A stretch of DNA of 64,000 nt from an uncultured delta proteobacterium. GTDB lineage: Bacteria > Myxococcota_A > Polyangia > Fen-1088. The notes under the pieces were generated by a model. That model was not told the DNA's origin. It saw nothing but the letters and a program-made list of their open reading frames with translations, and made no database searches. The stretch is taken from positions 32,001 to 96,000 of the forward strand of contig CAWCMR010000014.1 of NCBI GenBank assembly GCA_963796685.1, given 5' to 3'. The translations under genes were made by a program, and so were the position numbers. Numbering within the stretch: position 1 is the stretch's first letter; each line of letters opens with the position of its first letter. Shown here piece by piece: positions 31,499-44,721 of the stretch.

Positions 31499-33013
31499 TC
31501 AACCCACCAGCCTTGGCGGCGGCGTTTCGGTGTGCGGGTCCGCGAAGGGGATGGGCGGCTCTTTGCCGGTGCGCAGGACGGAGTGCTTCACGCCGTAGGT
31601 GAAGTAGATGACGAGGCCGACGGCCATCCATGCGAAGAGGCGGATGATGGTGTGGGTGGTGGCCGTGTACATGAGCAGGCCCGAGGTCAGGGCGCCGCAG
31701 ATGGGAACGACGTAGGTGCCGCCGGGGACCTTGAACGAGCGGGGTATATCGGGGCGTCTGATACGCAGGATCATCACACCCAGGCTGACCAGCACGAAGG
31801 CGAACAGGGTGCCGATGCTGGTCAGCTCGCCGAGAATATCGATGGGTAGTACGCCGCCGGCCAAGGCGCACATGCAGCCGGTGATGATGGTGGTGACGTG
31901 CGGCGTGCCGAAGCGCGGGTGCACCTTGGCCGCGACCGGGGGCAGAAGGCCGTCGCGCGCCATGGAGAAGAAGATACGCGGCTGACCGAGCAGCAGCACC
32001 AGCATGACCGACGAGAGACCGGCGATGGCGCCGATCTCGACGGCGGACTCCAAGAGGTGCGAACCGGTCACCGCGATGCCGACGGCGATGGGGTTGGGGA
32101 CGGATAACCTGGTGTAGTGGACGACTCCGGTCAGGATGAGCGAGACGGCGATGTAGAGAACCGTGCAGATGGCCAGCGATCCAAGGATGCCGATGGGCAG
32201 GTCGCGCTGGGGGTTCTTGGTCTCCTGGGCGGCGGTCGAGACGGCGTCGAAGCCGATATACGCAAAGAACACCATGGTCGCACCTTGCAGGATGCCGGAA
32301 ACACCGAACCGGCCGAAGGTGCCCTCGTTGGGCGGCACGAAGGGGACCCAGTTCGCGTGGCGGACGAAGGGCGCGGCGGCGACGATGAACATCAGCACGA
32401 CCGCGACTTTGACCAGCACGATGATGCCGTTGAAGCGGGCCGACTCCTTGATTCCCACCACCAGGATGGTGGTCACCGCCAACACGATGAGCACAGCGGG
32501 CAGGTTGATGATGGCCCCGGTACCGTGCAGGTGGTGCGTGGCCTCGTCCCAGATGAAGGGCGCGCGAGTCCACGTCGCCGGCAGCTCGTGGCCGGTCACG
32601 TTCTTCACGAACGCACAGACGTAGCCCGACCAGCCCACGCTCACGGTGGCGGCGCCCACGAGGTATTCGAGAATCAAGTCCCAGCCGATGATCCAGGCGA
32701 CAAGCTCGCCCATGGTGGCGTAGGCGTAGGTGTACGCGCTGCCGGCGATGGGTATCATGGATGCCATCTCGGCGTAGCACAGGCCCGCGAAGGCGGAGGC
32801 CACGGCGGCTACCGAGAACGAGAGCGCCACGGCTGGCCCGGCGTTGGCGGCGGCGGCGCGGCCGGTGAGCACGAAGATGCCGGTGCCGATGATCCCCCCC
32901 ACGCCGAGCAGGACGAGGTCGAAGGCGGTGAGGCTGCGCTTGAGCCCGTAGCCGTACTCCGCGTCCGAGCGCAACTTGTCCACGGACTTGGTCAAGAAGA
33001 GTGGGTTACCCAT
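31499..33013 (-). CDS. Amino acid permease (APC/CAT family)
   Basis: GGIIGTGIFVL, CYAEMASMIPIAGSAY, FFAYIGFDAV, about 12 TM segments. Confidence 0.95.
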   Translation of the reverse strand: MGNPLFLTKSVDKLRSDAEYGYGLKRSLTAFDLVLLGVGGIIGTGIFVLTGRAAAANAGPAVALSFSVAAVASAFAGLCYAEMASMIPIAGSAYTYAYATMGELVAWIIGWDLILEYLVGAATVSVGWSGYVCAFVKNVTGHELPATWTRAPFIWDEATHHLHGTGAIINLPAVLIVLAVTTILVVGIKESARFNGIIVLVKVAVVLMFIVAAAPFVRHANWVPFVPPNEGTFGRFGVSGILQGATMVFFAYIGFDAVSTAAQETKNPQRDLPIGILGSLAICTVLYIAVSLILTGVVHYTRLSVPNPIAVGIAVTGSHLLESAVEIGAIAGLSSVMLVLLLGQPRIFFSMARDGLLPPVAAKVHPRFGTPHVTTIITGCMCALAGGVLPIDILGELTSIGTLFAFVLVSLGVMILRIRRPDIPRSFKVPGGTYVVPICGALTSGLLMYTATTHTIIRLFAWMAVGLVIYFTYGVKHSVLRTGKEPPIPFADPHTETPPPRLVG

Positions 33014-33986
33014 GCGAGTTCATGCTTTCTCCGTGTGCTCCATCTCGTCCGTGCTCTCTCCTCTCGGAGGCGAGCATGGCCAGCGCGCTGTAGGTCGCCA
33101 CCGCGATCACCAGCCACAGAAGATATCCGACGGAGAGCTGGCGGACCACGTAGGCCGCCAGCAACACGCCTGGAATGCCCCCCAGGGCCAGGCCGAGGGC
33201 CGCGCGCGAGGCGTAGCTGCCGCGGCCGATGAAGCGAATCCCGCTGGTCGGCATGATGAATGCGCAAGACCCCATCATGATGGGGAAGATGGCCTTGAGA
33301 TCCATGCCGAGAAATCCGAACAGGATGAGGCTCGGTGCGTAGGCGCCGATGCCGAGGTTCATGAGCGCCCCGAAGGTGAAGTTACCCAAGAGGCCGGCGG
33401 CCATGCGCCAACCGTGCAGGCCCAGGGTTTCGCCGCCGCTGGGCAACCAATGCACGGCCTTGGCCAACATCAGACCCGCCGCGCCCAGCAGGGCGAGTCC
33501 CATGCCAATCTGGACCTTGCGTTTAGACCACGCCGAAACCACCCCGGCGCCCAGCCACGAGCCCAGGATCGAAGCCGCGATGAGCGCCACCAACGAAGGC
33601 ATTTCCACCTGGATGATGGTGATGGAGATGACCGCCTGTGCGACAGTCGGCCACATGTGCCCCACCAGCAGCGTACCGGGGATGCGGCGATCGGGAACCA
33701 TGTGGAACAGTTTGTAGATCGACGTGGTGGTGGCGTAGGAGCCGATGCCCAGGAAGTCGAAGAAATTCGTGATGAATCCAATGACGGCCTGGGCTGCCGA
33801 CGGTGGGCCGGGACGCGTGGCCGACGCGTCCTCGTCATCGTTCGACGCGGACCGGGGCTCGTCCCGCGTCCCAGCATTGCGCGCCGTCCGAAGGCGTTTC
33901 TTCGCAATATCGCGGCTCCACAGCGCGGTGAAGGCGACTCCGAACCCACCGAGCGCGATGAGCAGCAAGGATCTGGGACCCAACAT
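33006..33986 (-). CDS. TauE/SafE (TSUP) family membrane transporter
   Basis: GFITNFFDFLGIGSYA, GALMNLGIGAYAP, FPIMMGSCAF; overlaps the permease start. Confidence 0.75.
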   Translation of the reverse strand: MLGPRSLLLIALGGFGVAFTALWSRDIAKKRLRTARNAGTRDEPRSASNDDEDASATRPGPPSAAQAVIGFITNFFDFLGIGSYATTTSIYKLFHMVPDRRIPGTLLVGHMWPTVAQAVISITIIQVEMPSLVALIAASILGSWLGAGVVSAWSKRKVQIGMGLALLGAAGLMLAKAVHWLPSGGETLGLHGWRMAAGLLGNFTFGALMNLGIGAYAPSLILFGFLGMDLKAIFPIMMGSCAFIMPTSGIRFIGRGSYASRAALGLALGGIPGVLLAAYVVRQLSVGYLLWLVIAVATYSALAMLASERREHGRDGAHGESMNSHG

Positions 33987-34137
33987 TTGCGCATGGTACA
34001 CCGAGCCTTGTCGTGTGGGGAGACGGGCTGGCTTGTTCCTTTGCCCGCGGCCTGTGCCGGCGGCGACTCAAGTTATGACGGCCCTTCCGCCGATGCTGTC
34101 TTGGTTGGGATTGGCTGCCCATGGGTCAAAGTGCAAC

Positions 34138-35328
34138 GTGACGGGGATTGAACACGGCGAGACCGAGGACTTGAGCCCTGCTCTTGGGGGTGGTCGTTCC
34201 GCGATCCTGGTCGTCGATGACGACGAGGAGTTCATGCGCGCGTGCGTTCGCGTCCTGGAGGCTTGGGGCTATCTGGTGTCGCGGGCAACGTCGAGCGAAG
34301 CCGCACTGGAGATGGCGGGCGAGCGCTCCTTCGACGCGATCCTCACCGACATCAATCTGCCCGGGTCGAGCGGTCTCGATGTCCTGCGCGTCGTGCGCAG
34401 CCGCGACAAGGACGTTCCGGTCATTCTGATGACCGGAGGACCCGAGCTCGAAACCGCGCGGTTGGCGGTGGAATGGGGCGCCCAAAGCTATCTCATCAAG
34501 CCGCTCGCCATGCCGCAGCTCAAGGAAGTCCTGGAACGAACCATCCGCGCCTACCACCTGGCGCGACGGCAGCGGCAGATTCTGGCGGTCAGCGATCGCT
34601 TGGCGCGTGAGACCGAGGCGCTGCGCGATCAGTTCGGCCGTACCCTCGATGGCCTGTGGATGGCCTTTCAACCCATCGTCTCCTGGTCGCAGAAGACTGT
34701 GGTCGCGTACGAGGCGCTCATGCGCAGCACCGATCCCACGCTGCACCTGCCCATCGACATCCTCAATGTCGCCGAATCGCTGGGAGAAGTTCACACCCTT
34801 GGACACAAGACGCGCGGCCTCATCGCCGAGGTGCTGGAGAACCATCGTGATTTGCCGGGCGTCTTCATCAACCTTCACGTCCTGGACCTCTTGGACGAGC
34901 AACTCTACGCGCCGGACAGCTCGCTGCGACCGTTCGCCTCGCGCATCCATTTCGAGATCACCGAGCGCATGGCCATCGAAAAGATCCCTGACACGCACGA
35001 TCGCATCGAGCGTCTGCGCAAGCTCGGCTACAAGATCGCCGTCGACGATCTGGGCGAAGGCTATTCCGGCCTGAACAGTTTCGCGGACTTGGAGCCGGAC
35101 GCCGTCAAGCTCGACATGTCCTTGATTCGAGGCATCGATCGCGCGCCGACCAAACGCCGGATGGTCCATGCCCTGGCCACCTTGTGCCGCGAGCTTGGTA
35201 CGCCGCTGGTGGCCGAAGGCGTGGAAACCCAAGCCGAGCTCGATATTTTGATCGATCTGGGAGCGGATTGGCTGCAGGGCTACCTGTTCGCCCGTCCCGA
35301 CTACCCGTTCCCGGTGCCGCGGATGTAG
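34138..35328 (+). CDS. Response regulator receiver + EAL c-di-GMP phosphodiesterase
   Basis: ILVVDDD, TDINLPG, YLIKP; FQPIV, YEALMR, EITE, DDLGEGYSGL, KLD, AEGVET, QGY; start uncertain. Confidence 0.92.
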   Translation: MTGIEHGETEDLSPALGGGRSAILVVDDDEEFMRACVRVLEAWGYLVSRATSSEAALEMAGERSFDAILTDINLPGSSGLDVLRVVRSRDKDVPVILMTGGPELETARLAVEWGAQSYLIKPLAMPQLKEVLERTIRAYHLARRQRQILAVSDRLARETEALRDQFGRTLDGLWMAFQPIVSWSQKTVVAYEALMRSTDPTLHLPIDILNVAESLGEVHTLGHKTRGLIAEVLENHRDLPGVFINLHVLDLLDEQLYAPDSSLRPFASRIHFEITERMAIEKIPDTHDRIERLRKLGYKIAVDDLGEGYSGLNSFADLEPDAVKLDMSLIRGIDRAPTKRRMVHALATLCRELGTPLVAEGVETQAELDILIDLGADWLQGYLFARPDYPFPVPRM

Positions 35329-35461
35329 GCTGAATTCCGTGTGATTCGGGCGGCGAACTGGGCCGTCTCGCGGGGCGAGAATTGTGTTGCGCCCCACGAA
35401 CAGGAGACGTAAGAACAGGTCGCTTTCTTTCCCCAAAAGCACTTCACGGAGGACCCACGAA

Positions 35462-39052
<3,591 letters not shown>

Positions 39053-39077
39053 TTCCTGGTCTCGCATCGCCGTAAGC

Positions 39078-39129
39078 AAGGGCCGAGAGACGCTCCATCG
39101 AGGGCGCGCTCCTCGGCCCTTCGCTTTTT
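39078..39129 (+). terminator. Rho-independent terminator after nifJ
   Basis: aagggccgag...ctcggccctt stem followed by a T-tract. Confidence 0.65.
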
Positions 39130-39142
39130 CACCGCGACGCTC

Positions 39143-41206
39143 TCAGCTGCTCGGGGCGCTCTCCGCGACGCGTTCCAAGACATCGAGCAAGGTCGCGCGA
39201 TCGAATGGCTTGGCAAGTGCGCCCCTGAACCCGTGCCGGGGGTAATCTCGCATGACCTCGTCTTCGCTGTGTCCGCTCATGACCACGATCCGGGCCGAAG
39301 GATTGCTCGCGAGTAGGGCACGCGCCGCTTCCTTGCCCCCCATGGCGCCCCGAACGGTCAGGTCCAAAATGACCACGTCGAACCGGCGACCGTCTTGCCT
39401 GGCCTTGCGGTAGAGTTCCATGGCGCTCTCTCCATCCGCCGCGAGCCCGACCTCGCACCCCATCTGTCTCAGCATCCTGGCCATGACCGTGCGCATGGTG
39501 GGCTCGTCGTCCATGATCAGCACCCGCCCTCGCCATCCGCGGTCGTCGTCCTGGTTCGCCTTGGTATCCAAGTTGCGTCGAGGGGAAGCCGGAAGATAGA
39601 CATGAAAGGTCGTGCCGGTCGGGCTTGAAGCCACGGTGATGGCACCTGCGTGCTTCTTCACCACGGAGTGGCAGATGGTCAGCCCCAACCCCATTCCCTT
39701 GTCGGTTCCCCTCATCTTGGTCGAGAAGTAGGGATCGAAAATCTTGGGCAACACCTCGGGCGGGATTCCGGTGCCCTGATCTGCCACTTCGATCTGCACG
39801 TAGTCTCCCGGTGGAAGCGCTGCTGTTCCCTGGCCCAGCACCACGTTGCTCGCTCGGAGAGTGACCACGCCTCCCTTCGGCATCGCCTCGCGTGCATTGA
39901 GAACCAGGTTGCGAATCACTTGACCAATCTGGCCGCCATCGACCTCGGCCAGCGAGAGCTCCGGGGCAACGAACACCTCGCTGCGAACACTGGAGCCACT
40001 CAAGACCAGAGAGAAGGACTCGCGCAGCAGCTTGCCCAGATCGGTCGGCTGGCGGACCGAGGCTCCACCTCGCGCGAACGTGATGAGCTGCTGGGTGAGG
40101 CTCTTGGCGGCCAGCACGGAGCGTTCGATCTCTTCGATGCTCTCTCGCATTTCGTCGACCGTGCTTTTGTTCGAACAAGCTGTTTGCAAGCTCATCAGCA
40201 TGCCGGCGAGAAGATTGTTGAAGTCGTGGGCGATCCCACCGGCCAGGATTCCCGTGGATTCCAGCTTGCCGAGCACCAGGCGATCGTGCTCGGCTTGCTT
40301 GCGGGCCGTGATGTCGAGATGCGTACCGACGATGCGCATCGGACGCCCGGAGGCGTCGCGGAAGACGTGCCCTTTCGACTCGACCCAATGCTCCTGACGA
40401 TCGGATCGGGTCACGCGGTATTCCCAGCAGTCGTCCTCTCGATCCGAGCCGAGCCATCCTTTGAAGAAGTTGTCCAGGCCGACCCGATCGTCTTCGACGA
40501 CCCGCTCGCGCCAACTCGCGTAGTTGCCGGCGAAGGTTCCTCGGGGCAACCCGAAGATCTCTTCCGCCTCCCCGGACCAGAACACGTCTTCACGCGCGAG
40601 ATTCCAGTCGAAGACACCCACGTGGCCCGCTCGCTGGGCCAGCGCCGACCGTGCCTCGCTTTCCCGCAATGCACTCTCCGCCCGTTCGCGAAGCGTGACG
40701 TCACGGACGATCCCGATGAGATCGTGCCCAACGAAGGGCAACAGACGCATCTCGTAGAAGGGCCCCTGACCATCTCGACCGGTCGAGTACTCGAACGCGA
40801 CGGCGGTCTGGGAGTGCCGCGCCTGTTCCACGCCACTCCAGAATTGCTGGGCGGCCTCGGAAAACGCGTCGCCGGGCGAGGAATGCTCGAGGCCACGGAT
40901 GGCCGGGGCTTCCAATACCGAGCCTCCTTGCATGACGGCGCAGATTCGATTGTCGGCCTGCACGCGGAACAGGAGGTCGGGCAGAACCTGCAGCACTCCA
41001 CGGAGCTCGGCGTTCGCGTCGTGCAACTCCTTCGAGCTCAGCTCCAGGGCACGCTCGACCAGAAGCCGACCGGCGTCGGACTCGTCATAAGCCTGACTCA
41101 CGGCCTGCAGGAAACCGTGCCATTCGTGCGGCACGGGTTTGTCGCTGCCGAAGAAACGTCGCCACTGCCTGCGCAGCAATACGTGGAACGCCTGCATGCC
41201 TTCCAC
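39143..41206 (-). CDS. Hybrid PAS sensor histidine kinase with C-terminal receiver
   Basis: PAS/PAC, LAGGIAHDFNNLL, NLVLNAREAM, DQGTGI, FSTK, GLGL, receiver MDDE...LDL...KPF. Confidence 0.95.
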   Translation of the reverse strand: MEGMQAFHVLLRRQWRRFFGSDKPVPHEWHGFLQAVSQAYDESDAGRLLVERALELSSKELHDANAELRGVLQVLPDLLFRVQADNRICAVMQGGSVLEAPAIRGLEHSSPGDAFSEAAQQFWSGVEQARHSQTAVAFEYSTGRDGQGPFYEMRLLPFVGHDLIGIVRDVTLRERAESALRESEARSALAQRAGHVGVFDWNLAREDVFWSGEAEEIFGLPRGTFAGNYASWRERVVEDDRVGLDNFFKGWLGSDREDDCWEYRVTRSDRQEHWVESKGHVFRDASGRPMRIVGTHLDITARKQAEHDRLVLGKLESTGILAGGIAHDFNNLLAGMLMSLQTACSNKSTVDEMRESIEEIERSVLAAKSLTQQLITFARGGASVRQPTDLGKLLRESFSLVLSGSSVRSEVFVAPELSLAEVDGGQIGQVIRNLVLNAREAMPKGGVVTLRASNVVLGQGTAALPPGDYVQIEVADQGTGIPPEVLPKIFDPYFSTKMRGTDKGMGLGLTICHSVVKKHAGAITVASSPTGTTFHVYLPASPRRNLDTKANQDDDRGWRGRVLIMDDEPTMRTVMARMLRQMGCEVGLAADGESAMELYRKARQDGRRFDVVILDLTVRGAMGGKEAARALLASNPSARIVVMSGHSEDEVMRDYPRHGFRGALAKPFDRATLLDVLERVAESAPSS

Positions 41207-41207
41207 G

Positions 41208-42356
41208 TCAGTCTTCGAGCATGCTCGTGATGCTTATGGTCTCATTGTGCAGCTCGGGAAGGCAGGCCCCCTCGGGAGAGCCGATCTCGCCGTAGGAGTA
41301 AAACCCGGTCATCGCGGTCTGCTCGCCGAAGGCGTCCTGGATTGCCTCCACCTCTTCCTCGGTCCTCTGCGAAAGGATCTCACGCCGGCCGGCACAGCTC
41401 ACGACGAGAGACAGGCTGGGATGGGGGCGGCCGAGGTTCGCCAGGTTTGCTTTGGCTGCCTTCTGCGCCCCGCTGACCAGATCCTCGATCTGCCCCATCA
41501 TGAATCGCGCATAGGAGCCTTGGGGAACCTCGCTGGCGTAGGTAATGCTTTGCTCCTTTTCGTCCACGGCCAGCAATGCGCGCAACACCCGGTTCTTGTG
41601 CTCGGAATTGGACAGCTCGAGCGGAAAAAGATGTCCCGACGCCGGCAATCCGGCCGCATGTTCGCCCAGATATTGTTTGTAGAGCGCCAACGCCGGCCGG
41701 CCGTCGAACTCGTAGACCACGTTGCGCTGCGATCGCGTGATCAATCGGTCGGGGCCAAACGGGCGCCACCCTCCGGTGACCGAGAGGCCGATGTGCAGGC
41801 GCTCGCCGTAGAACCCGAGGGCGACGACGGTCTCGGATAGGGGCTCGCTGTCGCACCAGACGTGCGTGGAACGAAACAACGCTGGATCCGCGGCAAACCC
41901 GCCCGACGCGGACACGCCGGCCGGCAGCGCGCTGGAGATGCCCTTGACCATGTCTCCGCCGTAGACTCGCAAACCTTCGCAGAGAACGAAGACGTGTCGC
42001 AGGCCATCGGGGGGAAGCTGCCGGATCGCCGCTTGGCCGGCCGCGAAGCTGCCGTCGAGGCCCTCAATGTGGACCCGGCCCGTCGCCAGCCGAGTGTGCT
42101 CGAACGTGACGGCGGTGAGGACGAGGGTCCCGTTGCGGACTTGCGTTTTGAGGATCTCGCCCGCCGTCGTACAACCAAAGACGTGCGCCGCAGGGAACGC
42201 CTGTCGCACGAGCGATTGGCACTCTCGGTCGCCGACCAGCTCGACGTCGCCAAAGAGCAGAACCAACTGCACCACACGCCGCGGTTCTCGAAAGGGCAGC
42301 GTTGGGTTCCAACCGCCGGTCTTCGTCAATTCGAACTGCTCGATCTTCATCGACAC
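41208..42356 (-). CDS. FIST domain (NosP-like) sensor protein
   Basis: GCTTAGEI, GWRPFGP..ITRS..NVVYEFDG.PAL..Y, SCAGR, GFYSYGEI, LHNET; ends 1 bp upstream of the kinase. Confidence 0.92.
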   Translation of the reverse strand: MSMKIEQFELTKTGGWNPTLPFREPRRVVQLVLLFGDVELVGDRECQSLVRQAFPAAHVFGCTTAGEILKTQVRNGTLVLTAVTFEHTRLATGRVHIEGLDGSFAAGQAAIRQLPPDGLRHVFVLCEGLRVYGGDMVKGISSALPAGVSASGGFAADPALFRSTHVWCDSEPLSETVVALGFYGERLHIGLSVTGGWRPFGPDRLITRSQRNVVYEFDGRPALALYKQYLGEHAAGLPASGHLFPLELSNSEHKNRVLRALLAVDEKEQSITYASEVPQGSYARFMMGQIEDLVSGAQKAAKANLANLGRPHPSLSLVVSCAGRREILSQRTEEEVEAIQDAFGEQTAMTGFYSYGEIGSPEGACLPELHNETISITSMLED

Positions 42357-42492
42357 ACCTCAGATGTGGGGAAAGACCTCTCGCTCGTCGCCCGCTGGCG
42401 GACAGTCTACCGGCTTCCATTGTATCTTCATTGCCCTACTCAGGGAAGGCGAATCCCCGAGGCGGTCGAAAGCACAGTCGAAACAGGGCCGA

Positions 42493-42912
42493 TCACTCGG
42501 CTTGGCCGAGCCTTCGCTTCTCTTGCACGCGAGCGATGGCCTGCAAGGCCGGCTGGCTCTTGCGGTCGTTCCCCGCAGCCCACTTGGCCAGCAGATCTTC
42601 GCACGCGGAGCGGACCTCGGGGCTTTTGTCGTAGACCGCGAAGTGCTGAAGAATCGCAACCGACTCGGGCTCGCCGATGGCGGCCAGGGCGGAAATCAGG
42701 TTGACCTTTCCGTTGGGCGCCGCCGTGTGCAGGGCAGTCTCGATCTGCGGGACGGCCCTTCGGCCGATCTTGCGCAGGCGCTCGCGGGCCAGACCGGGAA
42801 ATTCGCCGTTCTTCAGCACGTCGATGGCCGCGCCGATCTCGCGGTAGGACCGATCCTCGCAGGCGGGCAGCACAAGCAGCGCGACCACGGACAGGAAGAC
42901 TAGACGTCGCAC
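42493..42912 (-). CDS. Small HEAT-repeat lipoprotein
   Basis: GTG start, RRLVFLSVVALLVLPAC lipobox, HEAT-like ALAAIG...DKSPEVRSAC. Confidence 0.7.
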   Translation of the reverse strand: MRRLVFLSVVALLVLPACEDRSYREIGAAIDVLKNGEFPGLARERLRKIGRRAVPQIETALHTAAPNGKVNLISALAAIGEPESVAILQHFAVYDKSPEVRSACEDLLAKWAAGNDRKSQPALQAIARVQEKRRLGQAE

Positions 42913-44003
42913 GTTTGCAGATCCTTCTCCGACCGGTCGGCAAGGCGGCGGGCATGGCGCTCCACGCACTTGGTTTCCGTCGAGACGGCGGGCTCACGCA
43001 AATCGCCGCCATGGACAGCCTCGCGCTTTGCCAGCGCGGCGAAGAACGCCTCGCCCAAATCGAGAAGCGCGGGAGGACTGCTCTCGGAAAAAGCACGGTG
43101 CCGCATCTCTGCGCCGCTGTGCAGGCCGCGCGAGTACCAAGCCAGGGTCTTGCGCAGCTCGTGCAGCACCATCTTCGGGGCGGCGTATTCGATGACGAGC
43201 TCGGCGTGGCGGCGCCAAACCGTACGGCGCTCGGCCACCGAGGGAGGATCGGGCAAGGGATGACCTTCCTCGACCGCGCGGACGGCACGGAACAGCCACG
43301 GATTGCCCCGCGCCGCGCGGCCGATCATCGCGGCATCGCAACCGGTTTCCCGTTTCATGTCGAGGTAATCGGCCACGGATTGGATGTCGCCGTTGCCGAC
43401 CACCGGAATCCGGCGGGGCAGGGCGGCGCGCACGTCGGCGATGGGGGCCAGTCGAACCGTACCCGAGAATCCCTGCGCCCGCGTGCGGCCGTGAACCGTC
43501 ACGAGTGCCGCCCCGGCTGCGACCATGCGGCGGGCGAAGGCGGCCGCGTTCAGCGAGAGATCATCCCAGCCGGCGCGGTGCTTGACCGTGACCGGGATGC
43601 TCTCTGGCAGGGCTGCGCGCACGGCTGCCACGATGCCGGCCGCCAGGTCGGGCTCGCGCATGAGCGCGGAGCCGCACAGCCCGGCCGTCACCTTGCGTGC
43701 CGGACATCCCATGTTGATGTCGACGATGCTGGCGCCGATGTCCGCCGCCATGCGTGCCGCCTGCGCCAAGACCTCCGGCTCACGGCCGAAGACCTGCACC
43801 CCGAAGCGTCGGCCCCCAAGGCTTGCCCACATGCGCCCCGTTGCCTTCACCGCGCCACGGGTCAGCGCCTGCGCGGACAGAAACTCGGTGTAGGTCAGCG
43901 CGGCGCCATGTTCTTCGCACACGGTGCGGAACGGCAGATCGGTCACCGCCTCCATGGGCGCCAGCAGCGCGCCCGCGCCGATGTCGATGTCGCCAATCCG
44001 CAT
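42900..44003 (-). CDS. dusB: tRNA-dihydrouridine synthase
   Basis: LAPMEAVTD, DINMGCP, VTVKHR, TVHGRT, NGDI, MIGR.A.GNPW. Confidence 0.9.
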   Translation of the reverse strand: MRIGDIDIGAGALLAPMEAVTDLPFRTVCEEHGAALTYTEFLSAQALTRGAVKATGRMWASLGGRRFGVQVFGREPEVLAQAARMAADIGASIVDINMGCPARKVTAGLCGSALMREPDLAAGIVAAVRAALPESIPVTVKHRAGWDDLSLNAAAFARRMVAAGAALVTVHGRTRAQGFSGTVRLAPIADVRAALPRRIPVVGNGDIQSVADYLDMKRETGCDAAMIGRAARGNPWLFRAVRAVEEGHPLPDPPSVAERRTVWRRHAELVIEYAAPKMVLHELRKTLAWYSRGLHSGAEMRHRAFSESSPPALLDLGEAFFAALAKREAVHGGDLREPAVSTETKCVERHARRLADRSEKDLQTCDV

Positions 44004-44035
44004 AAGGCCCGAACCATAGCACGCGCGGTTTTGTC

Positions 44036-44060
44036 GTAGGGGCGGGTTTCAAACCCGCCC
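44036..44060 (+). repeat. GTAG-type REP palindrome
   Basis: GTAG-GGGCGGGTTT-C-AAACCCGCCC: GTAG tetramer followed by a perfect 10-bp hairpin. Confidence 0.7.
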
Positions 44061-44117
44061 AGGGTTCAAACCGTTCTGTGATCCAGGGTCCCTTTTTGTA
44101 GTAATCAGGCCGGTACC

Positions 44118-44453
44118 ATGCGAACCGTAGGACTTCTGATAGCGAGCAATCTGTTCATGACCGTGGCCTGGTACGGGCACCTGCGCTTCAAGGGCGTGGC
44201 CTTGTGGAAGGTCGTCCTGGTCAGTTGGGGGATCGCCTTTTTCGAGTACTGCCTGCAGGTGCCGGCCAATCGCTGGGGGTATGGCCAATTCAGCGCCTAC
44301 CAGCTGAAGATTATGCAGGAAGTTATAACGCTCTTCGTGTTCGTCGCCTTTTCGGCCTTATGGCTGGGCGAGGCACCGCGCTGGAACCACCTGGTAGCCT
44401 TCGGGCTCATCGTGGCCGCGGTCGGCTTCGCATTTTTGCCTCGGGTCGCCTAG
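44118..44453 (+). CDS. Small DMT-superfamily membrane protein (DUF486-like)
   Basis: SNLFMTVAWYGHL, SWGIAFFEYCLQVPANR, QLKIMQEVITL. Confidence 0.9.
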   Translation: MRTVGLLIASNLFMTVAWYGHLRFKGVALWKVVLVSWGIAFFEYCLQVPANRWGYGQFSAYQLKIMQEVITLFVFVAFSALWLGEAPRWNHLVAFGLIVAAVGFAFLPRVA

Positions 44454-44615
44454 GAGGCTGGTGTTACATGGCGGACCGAGCTCTGGCGGAGCGAGGAGCC
44501 CCGGCCGCGAGGCGCGAGGAGGGCGAATACTGGACGTATTTAACCGACGAGCAACGAAGCGGGCGGGGCCCGCAGCCCGCCAAGCGACGGGAGCCGTTTG
44601 ACACCAGCCTCCTAG
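44450..44615. mobile_element. Non-autonomous MITE with terminal inverted repeats, bounded by CTAG
   Basis: Left end CTAGGAGGCTGGTGTTA, right end TGACACCAGCCTCCTAG (16/17 complementary); 166 bp, no transposase. Confidence 0.8.
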
Positions 44616-44721
44616 CACCGGTCCTTCGTGGTGGACGTGAAAGCTCGACGCGTCTCAAAATGCGACCCAAGGCAGCTTGAAACGAGCGCGAAACGTACAG
44701 ATGGGTTAATGTGCTCCTCTC

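Noticed and set aside
31077-32780. 567-aa ORF overlapping the permease
   Set aside because: Only the last 128 codons (from ATG 31463) are a real gene; the rest is an alternative frame of the permease
35382-35399. TTGTG-N8-CACGA upstream of nifJ as a Rex or CRP/FNR site
   Set aside because: Only the outer bases match and the core is GC-rich; too weak without comparative data
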